A stretch of 64,000 nt of DNA, taken from contig NC_081331.1 in assembly GCF_022539665.2 (NCBI RefSeq), positions 11,470,001 to 11,534,000 of the forward strand. The letters are read 5' to 3'. Below the pieces are notes generated by a model. It was not told where the DNA came from. It made no database searches and saw only the letters and a list, made by a program, of their open reading frames with translations. The stretch is from Daphnia carinata. Lineage: Eukaryota. Position numbers and translations under genes: made by a program. Positions 44,549 through 56,867 of the stretch are shown here, piece after piece (within the stretch, counting starts at the first letter, position 1; each line of letters opens with the position of its first letter).

Positions 44549-47500
44549 GGGGGGAGACCAAGCTGGAGTGAATAGGGGGTGGATGAGCGGACGCGGTGCC
44601 TGAAGGACCACGAGGTATTTTTAGCTGGCGAGATCCCAAAACGGGAGCCGCTTCAATTCCCGTCTGTTTTCGTGTTATTTGCCGTCTCGTACCCGGATTC
44701 TTATATAGCTGACGCTTTTACACACACAAACACGAAATGCAAACGTAACAAAAAATAATGGGGAATGGTGGCACTGATGACCTTACCGTTATTTCAAGCT
44801 GAAATGGCTTAAAATGATCGCCTTCGTTTCAAAGGAAGACGCCAAACAAATAGAAGAAAGTAGAAAATTCCAATCACTTTGCAAAAGTGTCGAAAAAAAA
44901 GGGCACTAAAGTCGCTTTTGAGTCTGATTTGAATACAGATTGGAAACGAAGGCACGATAATCGTGCTGACGCGTTCGCTTGTCTTGTGTTCTGGATCATT
45001 GTGGCCGGGCTAGGGATCATCGGACTGACTAACAGTGGGGGGCTCGGCCATGAACGGGATGTTTGCGCCATCTTCGTTCTTCTTAGTTAATTTTGATTTT
45101 GATTAGCATACCCTTTACGTCGAATGGGTTGCGATGGAAAACGAAACGGCCGGCCTATCCCACTTCTGTTAGCCTTCCTCTTTCCTCCCCAGCCCGGCCT
45201 TTGCCGGCTACCTGCAGTTACCGATAGCAACGCAGCGCAATCTTCGTCAACGCCAACGTGGTGCCTAGCAGAACAGACGAAACAGCACCAGAGTTGTCCT
45301 CAGTTAAATGAACGTGGCACACTGACGTTAGATGATTCACTCAATGAACAAAAAAAAAAAAAAAACAAGGGGGGGGGCTTGGAATTCCCCAAGTCACATT
45401 AAACAAAGGCGACACACAAAAGAAAAAGAGAAGAAAAAAAGGGGAGAGGGGAAGAAACGTGACAAAAGAAAGGCACTTATGAGTCGCGGTAAGAAAAACT
45501 ACCGCGCGCACCGCGGAAACTTGTTTTTTGAGCTGTCCAGGACGTTCACATGTTGCCGGCCACTGGATAACAACTGGTGGAGGAAGGGGGCCTTCGCTCT
45601 CAAAGAGCGGCTACACTCTCCTCTACCGCCAGTCTCCAGCGACTGGAAGAAGAATGAGCCGATGGTAAAGTGAAGAATAAGCGTCACCATCACAAGCGAA
45701 GCTCTCTGGCTGCACGAGCCCCGGCGCAAACGTTTCCAGCACACAAACGGCTCCGGCAACCAGTACTTCAGTCTTACATAGACAAAGCTAAAGGAATTGC
45801 ACCAGAGTATGCCCCCTTGCTCCTTTTTCTCCCTCTCTTTCTCTCGTCCGGCTAGCCAGCAAGTCCAAAAAGCAAAGTCTAAAAATGAAATCCGACCTCC
45901 GCCAGGAACGGCTATAGGTGCGGGCCAACGGGAAAAGATGAGGAGGGAGGCAACAATTTCTGGGGCAACTATCGTTTGGTAGAGAAAAGAAGAAGAAGGA
46001 AAAAAAAAACACACACATTTCGAAACCACCCCTGTTTTGGGTCGGTGCCGCGTGAATAAGCTTCCGACCCGTGCCAACAAAACGAGCAACGCTCGTTTCT
46101 CGTTCGAGAAAACGACGTTATTGTCTCAGCAGTCAACTCATTGGTATTTCAATGAGGACACAGTTCACGACTAAAGAGACACAGGCAGAGCAGAAGAAAA
46201 AGGAAACTCTGAGTGACGCGATGACTCGCTCGTTCAGAGATGGAAAAAGATAAACGTGAATAGAAAAGCAAAACCAAAAAAAAGGGGGGAAACGCTTTGA
46301 TGGGCGGGATGTGGGCTACACATTGACAAACACTGTCACGCGCCCAAGCCCGTTATAGCATCACAAATAACATGGGTATACGCTGTATACGCGGACGACT
46401 CATCGTACCTTTTCTCTTGCAGCTGTTTCTCTGACAAATTGCTTTGGGAATCGAAAACACACTCATCGGACAAACCGTCAGGGAAGTATTATGTAGATGT
46501 CGAAGTCGCTAGCTTGTTTGGTCTACGCATTCGAACACTAACCACATTTAACGTAGTACTCTACACCAAATGAGGTGCTAACTATGCACCAACCCGTCAC
46601 CTAATCATTTGTTAAATGCTACCCTATCGGTCGTTATCATCCAAAAGGACGGGCAAAGAGACCGTGTTCAAATCGAATTGCGTTCATCTAAATTTGTTTG
46701 AGAGAACTGACAGGGTGTAATGTCGCACTAACAAGCGATCAAGTACGAACGACAGCAATGCTTTGATCGCTTTCGTACATGTTTGGAAGGCCAAGCTCGA
46801 CATTTACATATCACAAGCGATGATCTTTTATGGCAGGACATGCTATAAGAATAAGATAGTCGTAGCTTGCAAAACTTTTCTTAGGAAAACAGCAGCCAAG
46901 ATCTGCGAGCAAATGATAAGAAAAACAAACGAAAACTGGGGAGAGTTTTGCAAGGTGGATGAGCGCAGCGTAAGCTTATTCCCTAATCGCCACAGCATTA
47001 TTGAGGACGGACCCGAGGTTACGGGCGGCTGGCTGTTAAGGAAAGGGGAAAAGGCAGAACAGATCTGGCAATAGCAAATAAAAAGAAATGCGTCCATCTC
47101 TTGGCGATTGGTGCGCATGTACCTTTCATCTTTTGTTCGTCCAATAAACACCTTTTTTCACATTTTCTTCCTTTAAGTTCGTACGCAATTTTTTTGCTAG
47201 TGTTTCTTTCCGTCGTGTTTTCTTTTCTGATGTTTTTTCTCGTTCGAACCCAACGGCATGCTCTCGGGAACAGTAATGGGTTATGCCTTAAAATGTCGCC
47301 GAAAAGTGCTACTGCCTTGTTCAAATCTAATGCATACGTGGGGGTGTTGTGCACGACTTATCTGCGTAGGTTTCTCACGAATTGTTAGTGGCGAAAATTT
47401 TGAAATTGAAAGGCAAATAATTTAAAAGGAAGAAACATACGTTTTTAATCGTTTGTTATTCGGTGGGTTAGCTCTTTGGACGGAAATCAGGATGATACAG

Positions 47501-47864
47501 GAGACAGTTGCAGCAGTTGGACAAGACGTTTCCGGTGGATGATCGCATTTCAATTTGGTAGAAACAAGAAAATGATAAAAAAAAATGTGATCTTTAACTG
47601 AACAACCTTTCGAGAACTTAAATTGTGGGAGTACTGTCAAGGAAAACAAACGATTATTCATCCGGGTCAATCAATCGAAACCACTTCCCCGACTCAATCA
47701 GCAGCGAGCTCATACTTCCTCGGTTTTTATAATTACTACCTACCAACCTTTATCCGGTTCATTTACAAACACTATAACTGATTCTGCCCTTTTAGAAATG
47801 CTGGGTAACGCATTGCCGCATACAAGTGCGCTATCCAGTAATGGTCCTGGATGGATAGGAAAGT

Positions 47865-50800
47865 TCAAGGTAAGTCACTCAAATCTCTCAGATATTCAGG
47901 TTCGTCCATGTAGCCTGGAACTTCCAGCTCGAGGAAGCGAGGCAGTCCACCTTCTTTGCCAGTCAGCCAGTATGTATCCTATTTCCAGCGACAAAACCGC
48001 GACAGCCCAAAGAGGAAGAAGGCGGGCCAAGGAGGAGCCGGAAAGTCAGCGCCAAGCAGACACGGTCCACAGTGCGTGGATGTATTCCAAGAGAAAAGAG
48101 AAGCAATAGACGACAAGAAGGAAGAAGAGAAACAAAAATTGCTGTCGTTAATAATAGACGCGACTACACACGACGAAGCGCGAGGTCGTACAAATCTATG
48201 TATAGATAATAATAAACTAGACTTGCTTACCATCATTCCTTTACCCTGAATGGTAGATAAAGAACCCATTTTCATTCAGCAACAGTAGTACATGCGTATA
48301 AGAAAAGAAAAAGAAAATCAATAGTGTAGGATGATGAACGCTAGAAATATTGCTAGGATAATGTGGGCTTATGTGTACTACCTTCACTTCAAAGCTGCCT
48401 GCGAGTAGCAAGAAAAAAGGAAAGAAATTATTTTTATTGCAAAACTAACAATCAGATATAATCATAAACTTTACAAAGGCATAAGCTACGACCTGGTTGA
48501 TCTCTTTCAACTTGAACAACATTCAAAGGGCTAATATCTCTTCGTATCTTTGGAAAACTTATAATAATGCAGCTACGTCGATAATATTCACAGTTCACGT
48601 ACCTCGAAGCTCCGTGTGGTAGCCACCGATAGCGTCAAGGGCTTCCTTCGCGCTGGTACTGATGTGAATCTTCATCGCTGCCATCATCCCCGAAAGAAGA
48701 GAAGAAAAAGATAAATAGCAATGATTACATTTTTGACTTTTTTCTTTTTGCTGTGTTTGGCTTTGATTGCTTTGCCAATCCCATGGGTTTCTTTTTTTTT
48801 TACGTGACACATGGATTTGACAGCGAATGACAAAAGCTTTCTAGAATGTTTTTTTTACAGTGCACCTTCTCCTGTCGATTCCATACGAGACGCAGTGTTG
48901 ATGGTGTCACCGAAAAGGCAGTAGCGAGGCATTTTTGTACCGACAACTCCCGCCACGCACGGGCCTGTGTTAAAGCCGATTCTGATGCAGACTGGCTGGT
49001 TCGGACGGTGTGGTATACGAAAGCTTTTCAAACAGAATAACAAAAGAAGTGCAAAATTTAATGATTCAATTATCCGCTAATTATGTACTATACCTTTTTA
49101 CACCGGCAATCAAATCCAGAGACATGGTCGCTATTTCGCCAACGTGCTTTAAGCCTAGATGGAAAAGAGAAAACAAAAATGTAATAAAATAATTCTTGAT
49201 CTTTTTTGTTTAAAAGTTATCATCCACGTGCCATGTAGCCTCGTGACGGGAAAACAAAAATGTCTAAGACTGTTTAGATTTTAAGTAGACGATTTTCAGT
49301 GGTAATAGAAAATGTAGTGAGCCCTCGTAATAAGCTATGCATATGAAATCAGGCGAGTGAGATAGTAAAAGGATTTTCGAATTTCTTTAGTTAAGGGCTT
49401 CCCATCAAAGCGGAAGATGAGGGCTTTGACTTTATACGGGGTATAGATCAGTACTAATATCACGATCGTCGCAAGTGCTAGAATAAAATTGCATTAAGCC
49501 ACGCGCTCGTGCTCACGCTTTGGTAGCGCTGAAACATTACGTGTGAACTTCGTGCACCGTGAGCAAATAAGTAGCATGCTTAAATGACGAGCGCTCTTGA
49601 TAATGAGCTCTGTAATACCGTTGCGATGTGGTAGTCCCGAAACAACCTATTTATACAGAGAAAAACAAAAATAAACGCTTAAAAATCGCTGCTCTAATTC
49701 TATTTTTATGATTAATTATATCACATACTGTAGTATAATAAAGAAAAGATTTAAACAAAATTGTAATGCCTACCATGTACGCGTCCCCGATGGTCTCCAC
49801 CTTGTAAACATCGTAGCGCTCCAGTTTCGAATCAAACATCTTGTAAAGGGCATTGAGGAAAGCGATGATCTGGCACATTTGACCCATATTGAAAACAAAT
49901 AAACAACAAAGAACGGAAGACGGATAAAATTTCAACATTTTTTGACCCTTTCTTATTATTCACGAGATACTTGACAGACCTCGAGTGGCGTGCTGGAGGC
50001 GGAGATGGCCGTAAATCCGACGATATCGCTAAAGTATATGGTCACCGAGTCGAAACTTTCTGCCGGCACCTGAATCAAGTGGCACAAAGCCGCATGGTAA
50101 ATAAGAGAGAACGCATCAGACTTGAGTACCAAACTGTCTTTTCAATTGCCAACTGAATTGAGCATTGTTAACACAGCACATGGCTTTCTACCGTCATTCT
50201 CTACTACAGTATATGGTACGTACTTTGTGTAAGACGTTGGGGCTAAAAACTTTTTTTTTACCCCACACAACACACCGCCAGGCAAAGTCCGTTTAGAGAC
50301 CTACACAAACATAGAGTGGGACACGCACATAGGGAGTTCCAGCAGCACACACGTACATCGAGGGCACGAGGTCTAGCACGCTAAATTGGTTGTCACAACG
50401 ACGGACACAAAAGGCGCAATCCTAAGCAACATTTGTATAAGAACCTGTCTTCTCTGTTTGAGTTGACGAACGACAGCCTTAGGCAGCATTTGGCATAGCA
50501 ATCGATCGCACCGCTTTCTCTCGCGCTTCAGTTCCGTCGTTTTGGATACCAGGCCGCTGGCGAACGTCTACACGCAACGATAAACCAGAAAGGACGATTT
50601 AACAAGAACTACAAAAATAGGAAGGCATACTATTTCGGGGCAGTAACTCTAGTTGTAGAGTGGGCTTAACTATATAAACGAAAGGATGGACCTGGATCGT
50701 TTGAGTAGCGTTGCGAACTAGAAAGATGATGAATGGCGAGATGAACAACACTAGCGTCAATACGCAGATGGTGATGGTCTGCAACGTACCCGCTTCTTCA

Positions 50801-53800
50801 AGGTCCTCCTCAACCGACGCCCTGTGGAAATACAGTAAAAATTGAAATGAGATTATTTCAGGTAAGAGCACTACTAGCATGGCCTCTGTATGTTTTGGCC
50901 AAGGCAGATTTCTAATTATAGAAGATTAGTGCCGTTCCCAACGACAGGTGTAACGTATGGCATTACAGGATTTCGTCGCGCAATTTGTCTTGATGTAGTC
51001 GCAGCGAATCGATGTACAGAGACATGTAATCGTAGTACGTCGTGGCAATTTCAGTATCCGGTTCTCTTTGAAGGTTGCTATAGATCTCCAGCCTCCTACA
51101 ATATCCATTACGAAGAAAATTGTTATTGTATCAGAATACACTAGTCGGAAATGACAAGGAAATGTTTTATACTTGTTCAGCATGGACTTACGTGGCTGTT
51201 AGATTGTCGAAGTAAGGAAAGTCATCGACAAAGTTCTTGTAGATGTTTACGGACGTTGTGGAGAACTGCTGTGTGGCGTTCAAATAATCCTAGCGTCAGG
51301 TGAGTGACAAAGAGAACAACAGTTCGTTCACGTAATCAGCCATTTTCGTTTTTCTCTTTTTTTTCTTATATCAAACTTTATTTAGCCACGATGATAAAAA
51401 CACCTGTGCCAGTGAATCATAGCGGATGAAACGAGCGTAGTTTTCCAACGAGAGGTGACCTTTTCCGAAGTAGTAAAGCCCGTAAACTGTTATAAAGGAT
51501 ATTAGGCGACATTTACGTAAGAAAGCAAATTAGTACACGTCAACGCTGACGTGTCAATTTAGTCTACTGTTGCCAGATTTTCATCGAAGAAACAAAGTCG
51601 GAGTCACATGAGGCTAAGCCAACGTTGACATGTGAATGAAAAGGAAATTGCATAGACATACTGTACCAATGGCGATGCTGAAATTTTCGATGGAGCGGAT
51701 GACGAATTGGAAGGCAATCAGCAACCTGATTAGAGATTCAAAATGTTCGCATTTTGCGTGGTAGGCCAAATTCAATTTGTACAGCGCAAATTTGGCACTG
51801 AGGATATTTGCGCCAACAGACTGACAAATTCGGGAAACGTTAGCGGTTATTGATTTTCTTTTCTTTCGAGCAAGTCATCTGTCAGGCCAACTGAGCACTG
51901 CCGACATAGTTTATCATCACCTACTCACGCTCTTTCAGTTGCAAAACAGGAGACCGAATATTGAAATACGGTATCAGGATTGCGAAAGAATACGATCGAG
52001 TCACAGTGGAATTGGCAATGGAAACTTGATGGTTGGTTAACTGTACGACCTTACGAAGCTTACTTAATTATATGAAACTTTGATAGCCGGCTGACGTTTT
52101 ACACTTGGCTTCACCGCGCAATGTTTGCCCTGGAAACGATCAGCCTACTCGAACATATTAAGGCCGTGAAACGTTTAATGTTTAAAAAATTTCGCACCCA
52201 ACTGTTTCAGGTCATAAAATCTGCCGTGATAGGTCCCCAGTATAAATTTTATATCATTTTAAGTTTCTCGTTTGCTTCTGACTGTTTCTGACTGCCGGCA
52301 AATTGAAAATGAACTTTCAAGGAAGCTAGACTAATAACGCAAACGAGTGTAAAACGTCAAATGGATACGAGGAAGTCTTTCAGTTCGCCCTTATGAAAAA
52401 TTGAAAATGAGAGAACAACCTCCAAGCGCCGGTAGTCGACGTCTGCCGTATCCGCGTCGACAGCTGATCAAGAATCAGATCGTTGGCCACGTTATACCTG
52501 TATGCGAATGATGCAATATCATATGAACGATCTTAAATACCGTCTCGCTAGAAGATTAATAGAAATTAACGATGGACCATTGACTCACCAATTGATCTCG
52601 CGAATGGCTGCATTCTCCTTTTGGCCTTCACCGCGCTCTCTTTACATATTGAAAAAGAAACCAAATTGCAAGACAACAAATTTATGAAATACCCATTTAA
52701 AAATTCAACATGTAAAAATGGGAACAGGAAATAGCAAGGGAGAAGGACAGACATGTTTGAGACTATCAATCAAATCACTTACGCAATGTCAATAATCCCG
52801 AAACGTTTGACGCTGCCAGAAAAAATTCAAAATTATTATTTGACACCCGGAATAATTGGAAAATGAAAAGAAACTGAGAATTTCCGATATGTTGTCAAAG
52901 CGAGGAGTGTGCAGTTTTCGGGACACGTTATAGTGGCGAAGAAAGGGGGGGGAGAATTAAAAAATACCTTCGAGCCTTTCAGGCCTTCGTTACCGAGAAA
53001 TAATCAGCATTTTTTCTTTTCCTATTCTCATTTCTCTCTGTCTAAATAAATGCCAACAATACTTTGGATCTCTCATGCAAGATATTCTACGCACTCAACT
53101 CCTTCAATTATTATTGCGTGCATGCGGAACTTTTGGACGAGAGTAAGGCTGACTTTCAAAAAGAATGTATTTTCGAACCGACCCTTGCCTGATAAACATC
53201 CAACCTGGAGAGTAGGAATGTCAATGCAACCGCTATTGTTGCTCCTCCACGTACCAGCGCGACAACTTGACATGAATTTCTTACGAAAACTTTGATCATC
53301 ATTGTGAATATCGTCTAACATCATTTACTTTCCTATCGTGCTCATCAGCGATGATGATACGATATCAAATGGCAATAGACAGGACATGTCCGCCTCGGAA
53401 GACAAGCTGGAATCAAGTTACAAGACACGTGACGTGCAGCGTAAGGTACCCTTATAGTGAATGGCCCTGTAACGTATGGGAGCAGCTGTTGTCCTATTGA
53501 TTACGAATTAATAGGTGCACAGATGATAGGCGGCCCATTACCCGAGTAAAGCGAGATGTTCCATGAAATTGGCTTTGGATCCGAAGATGCTGTTCCACGA
53601 GTCCGACTTGAAGGCGAAAATGGCGCTGACGTTGCGCAGAGCTTCGTCAGTGTTGGCGAACCGGTGCGACAGGCTAGATCTGTTGTACAACGACGAATGG
53701 GAGGAGAGCCTGTACCAGTGAACCGCAGACGCCCGTAGACAAATCACGGCCAGCGTGCCCGTTTTTTAAGTGCCCACGACATGCAAACAAGAATACAGAT

Positions 53801-56800
53801 CCCAAATAGATTTGGACGACGTTGCCGGAATACATATTACCACCGATCGGAGCTTGGCACATCGGTGATGCAGGAAAAAAAAAAGAAAGGGTAAATACAT
53901 AAGAAAATGGCATGCATAGTTACGATAGTGATGACACGAATGAGCCAGACGCAGCGGGTATTTATATAAAGAATACGTATGCGGATAGATTGTAGACAAA
54001 CGGGAGGTTAAACTCAACTGCGAAACAAACCTGCTGTTAGATGTCTCTGTGCTTGGTAGGCCTAAGCTAGACATGGAGAAGAAAAACAAGCACAACAATA
54101 GCAAAAACAAAATTTGACAATACGTGATGGCCACAATGTACAGTCGTGTGGCTTTTTCTCTGATTGCAACCACCAAGCCCCGCGGACGTCATAACTATCC
54201 ATTAAATCAATGGCGAATAGACACACCCAACTATTCCCGTCTGCTTGTTATAGGAAAGACATTTGTATGGAATGTAGGATGCACCCATTGCTTAGATAAC
54301 CAACGTCACATCGATCGGGTAAAGTAGACGTACTGAGAAATGGAGTGAGGATCGCATTGTTCTTTGTTTCTCGTTTCCCCTAACCATTTTGAATTATTCT
54401 CGTACCCAACTGTATGTGCCATCACCCGGAATAACTGACGCAAAATATAGTGCCCAAATAGACTTGGCTAAAAGCCGCCTTTTGTTACTCTTACTTATCT
54501 TTAGGTCGTTTTCAGACAAATAAAAAAAAAAAATGTTCCATTTACGTAAAAGCAGATGAAAAGCTCGTGTTTGATAGTGAATGGAGCACACGCTTCATGT
54601 AACATAAATGCTTAAGCGATTCCTTTTTTTTCTCTTTCTATCTTTTATGGTTAAGACAATAGTGACAACTATAAAACATTAAAGGGTGGCAGTTTTTTTT
54701 AGAACTAAACGTCGACGAATCGCTGTTAACTACGCTGCGAGGAATTGGTACTAGAGCCCTAACGGCAGTATATACTTCACTATCGATTACCGTTAAGCAC
54801 AGAGGGGGAAAATGGAAGATTTTTTTTTCATGCGGCCAAGTCGAAAGTATAGTTTTTCATCGTACGGGCATCGTTATTACATCTATGCATAAAATCATCT
54901 ATGAGTTTAAAGTAAAAACAACAAAAAAATTGTCTTTCAAGTAGAAGAATTTATGACACTATTGAACTATGTTAATGAAGCTAGAACCAAAAACGCGGAC
55001 GAAGCCGTTGCGTGTGTATAGAACGCGTTCAACTAACCTGTTACCCTTGGTGAATATGTAGTGGGCAATTTCGCTGCGTTCGTGCTGCAGAGCGCTGAGT
55101 AGTTTACAAACCTCCACCGTTAGATCGATCTGCCGTGGTGAAAAAGAATTTGAACAAATGTGATGTAGTCAAACGACATCGTCAAAAAAAATGGCCCAAC
55201 GAAAGCAGTTCCAAAAATGTAAAAAAAAAAAAAAATTGAAAGACGGTTTCAGTGGGTAAGGGAAGGAGCACAAATCCTGGAACATATTGACGGAAAAAGA
55301 AACTTTTAACCAACGCTTGGCAACATTGATTGAATCTGAGGCTCTTTTTTACCAGGCCTTGCCGACATAAACGGATGTGGGTGGATTGGGGAACAGAAGA
55401 AAGTGTAAGCAATAAAACGAGGAGCCTGACGATAAAAGAATGGCAGCAGTGGAAACATATAAAAAGGAAGATGTACCCACCATCATTCTGAATTAGGCAA
55501 CAGGGACAAAGTGATGTATATTTCCTGAATCTCACTATAGCTGAGCGTAGTCTATGGCGCCTTAGGTTTCTTAGGCAATGTCAATAGAAGTGATGTCCTA
55601 CGCATTGTGTTTACCTCGTAAATTACGTCCACTCAGGCACCTTTCCCTTCATCTTCCTTCATCACAGAGGTAGCGGTTCTCAATATGCTCCTTAATAGAG
55701 AGCCACAGGAGTTTACGCTGATGCTTCGTGTACACAGTTAATTGCAATATGTGACTAAAAGAGATCAGAGGTTTACGATAGCAGATGATTGCGGAATAGA
55801 AGGGAATGATTCACTGACGCATGCATTTGAGAGCTTTGCCAGCAACAAAGAATGAAGCTCTATTCCTTTTTTTGGTGGTAAATATTAGCCTACACTAGAC
55901 GAAGCGATAGTGCAGCCTAGTCGCAACTCATTCTTGCTATTCGAGCTGCTAGCATATGTGTTTTAAATTTTTGCGCGACTCTGGGAACTCTGCCCCATAT
56001 TACTTTACAATTGAAAGCGGTTTTTATTCTTTTTTTTTGTCTGCCTCTTGAGTCGGAATAAAATCCGGGCCTCACTATTCACGCACTCAAGTTCTCTGTG
56101 AATTTATTCCGACTCGGTATGTGTGGAAAGCTTCAGTCCATACGAAATTGAATTCTGTGTACTGGCGGCATGTAAAATTCACTGCTACATATTGGACGGG
56201 TGTTCTCTTTTTATTTTTGAGAACCCCGCTCTAGGTTAAGCCTCTGTATATGTGCTTTACTATATATATTGCAAACGGAATTGGAGCTCCTGGAGCGATG
56301 CCAATATAAAAGTCGGTTCAGTCACTAAAGGCTCTCAGTGTTTATCAAAAACGCAAAAAAATGCAAGGGAAAGCTGGCCATTCGCCTTAAAAATTGCATG
56401 ATTTCAATCTTTTGTTTACATAGAGAAAATAAAAGGTTGGAAAGGACATTTAACTGTTTACCTGGTGTTCTATGACGGTGGCTTCCTTCTGTGCGCTGAT
56501 GGCATCCTTCATCTGCCCAAATAGGATGGAATGAATTTATTTTTTTCTTACTTGTTTAGCTGAAGAATGAAACAAAAACTAACCGTCAAAACGTTTTGCA
56601 CAACTAGAGCTAGTATAGGTATGAAGGGAAGCAATAACATCTGAAGGAGTTGAAGTCGCTTGCCTTTTCGGGTAGCTGGGCTAACGTGAAAACTAACAGA
56701 AAATTGGTGAAAAAAAAAACAAACATGTTTTTGTCTTTTTAATTTTTTGTGCAAATATTTGAAGAGAATTACCAGCCAGTGGAAACCTGCGTCAGAGTCG

Positions 56801-56867
56801 AATCATCAGCTGAGCTAGCGTAATCCGTGCCAGTTCCATTTTCGGGACAGCTAAAATCCGAATCCAT
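47865..56867 (-). CDS. NIT-domain membrane guanylyl cyclase (TM - NIT sensor - TM - coiled coil - cyclase), multi-exon; 5' end may extend upstream
   Basis: Catalytic motifs [23 protein letters not shown] and [25 protein letters not shown] (E and C indicate guanine specificity). Coiled coil [21 protein letters not shown]1 [16 protein letters not shown] (~56584-56681) and TM2 [20 protein letters not shown] (~50692-50821). Between them are [16 protein letters not shown] (~55038-55130), RFANTDEAL (~53541-53679) and [19 protein letters not shown]. Last exon 47978-47865 reads DTYWLTGK...DLP*. No kinase-homology domain. Confidence 0.88.
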
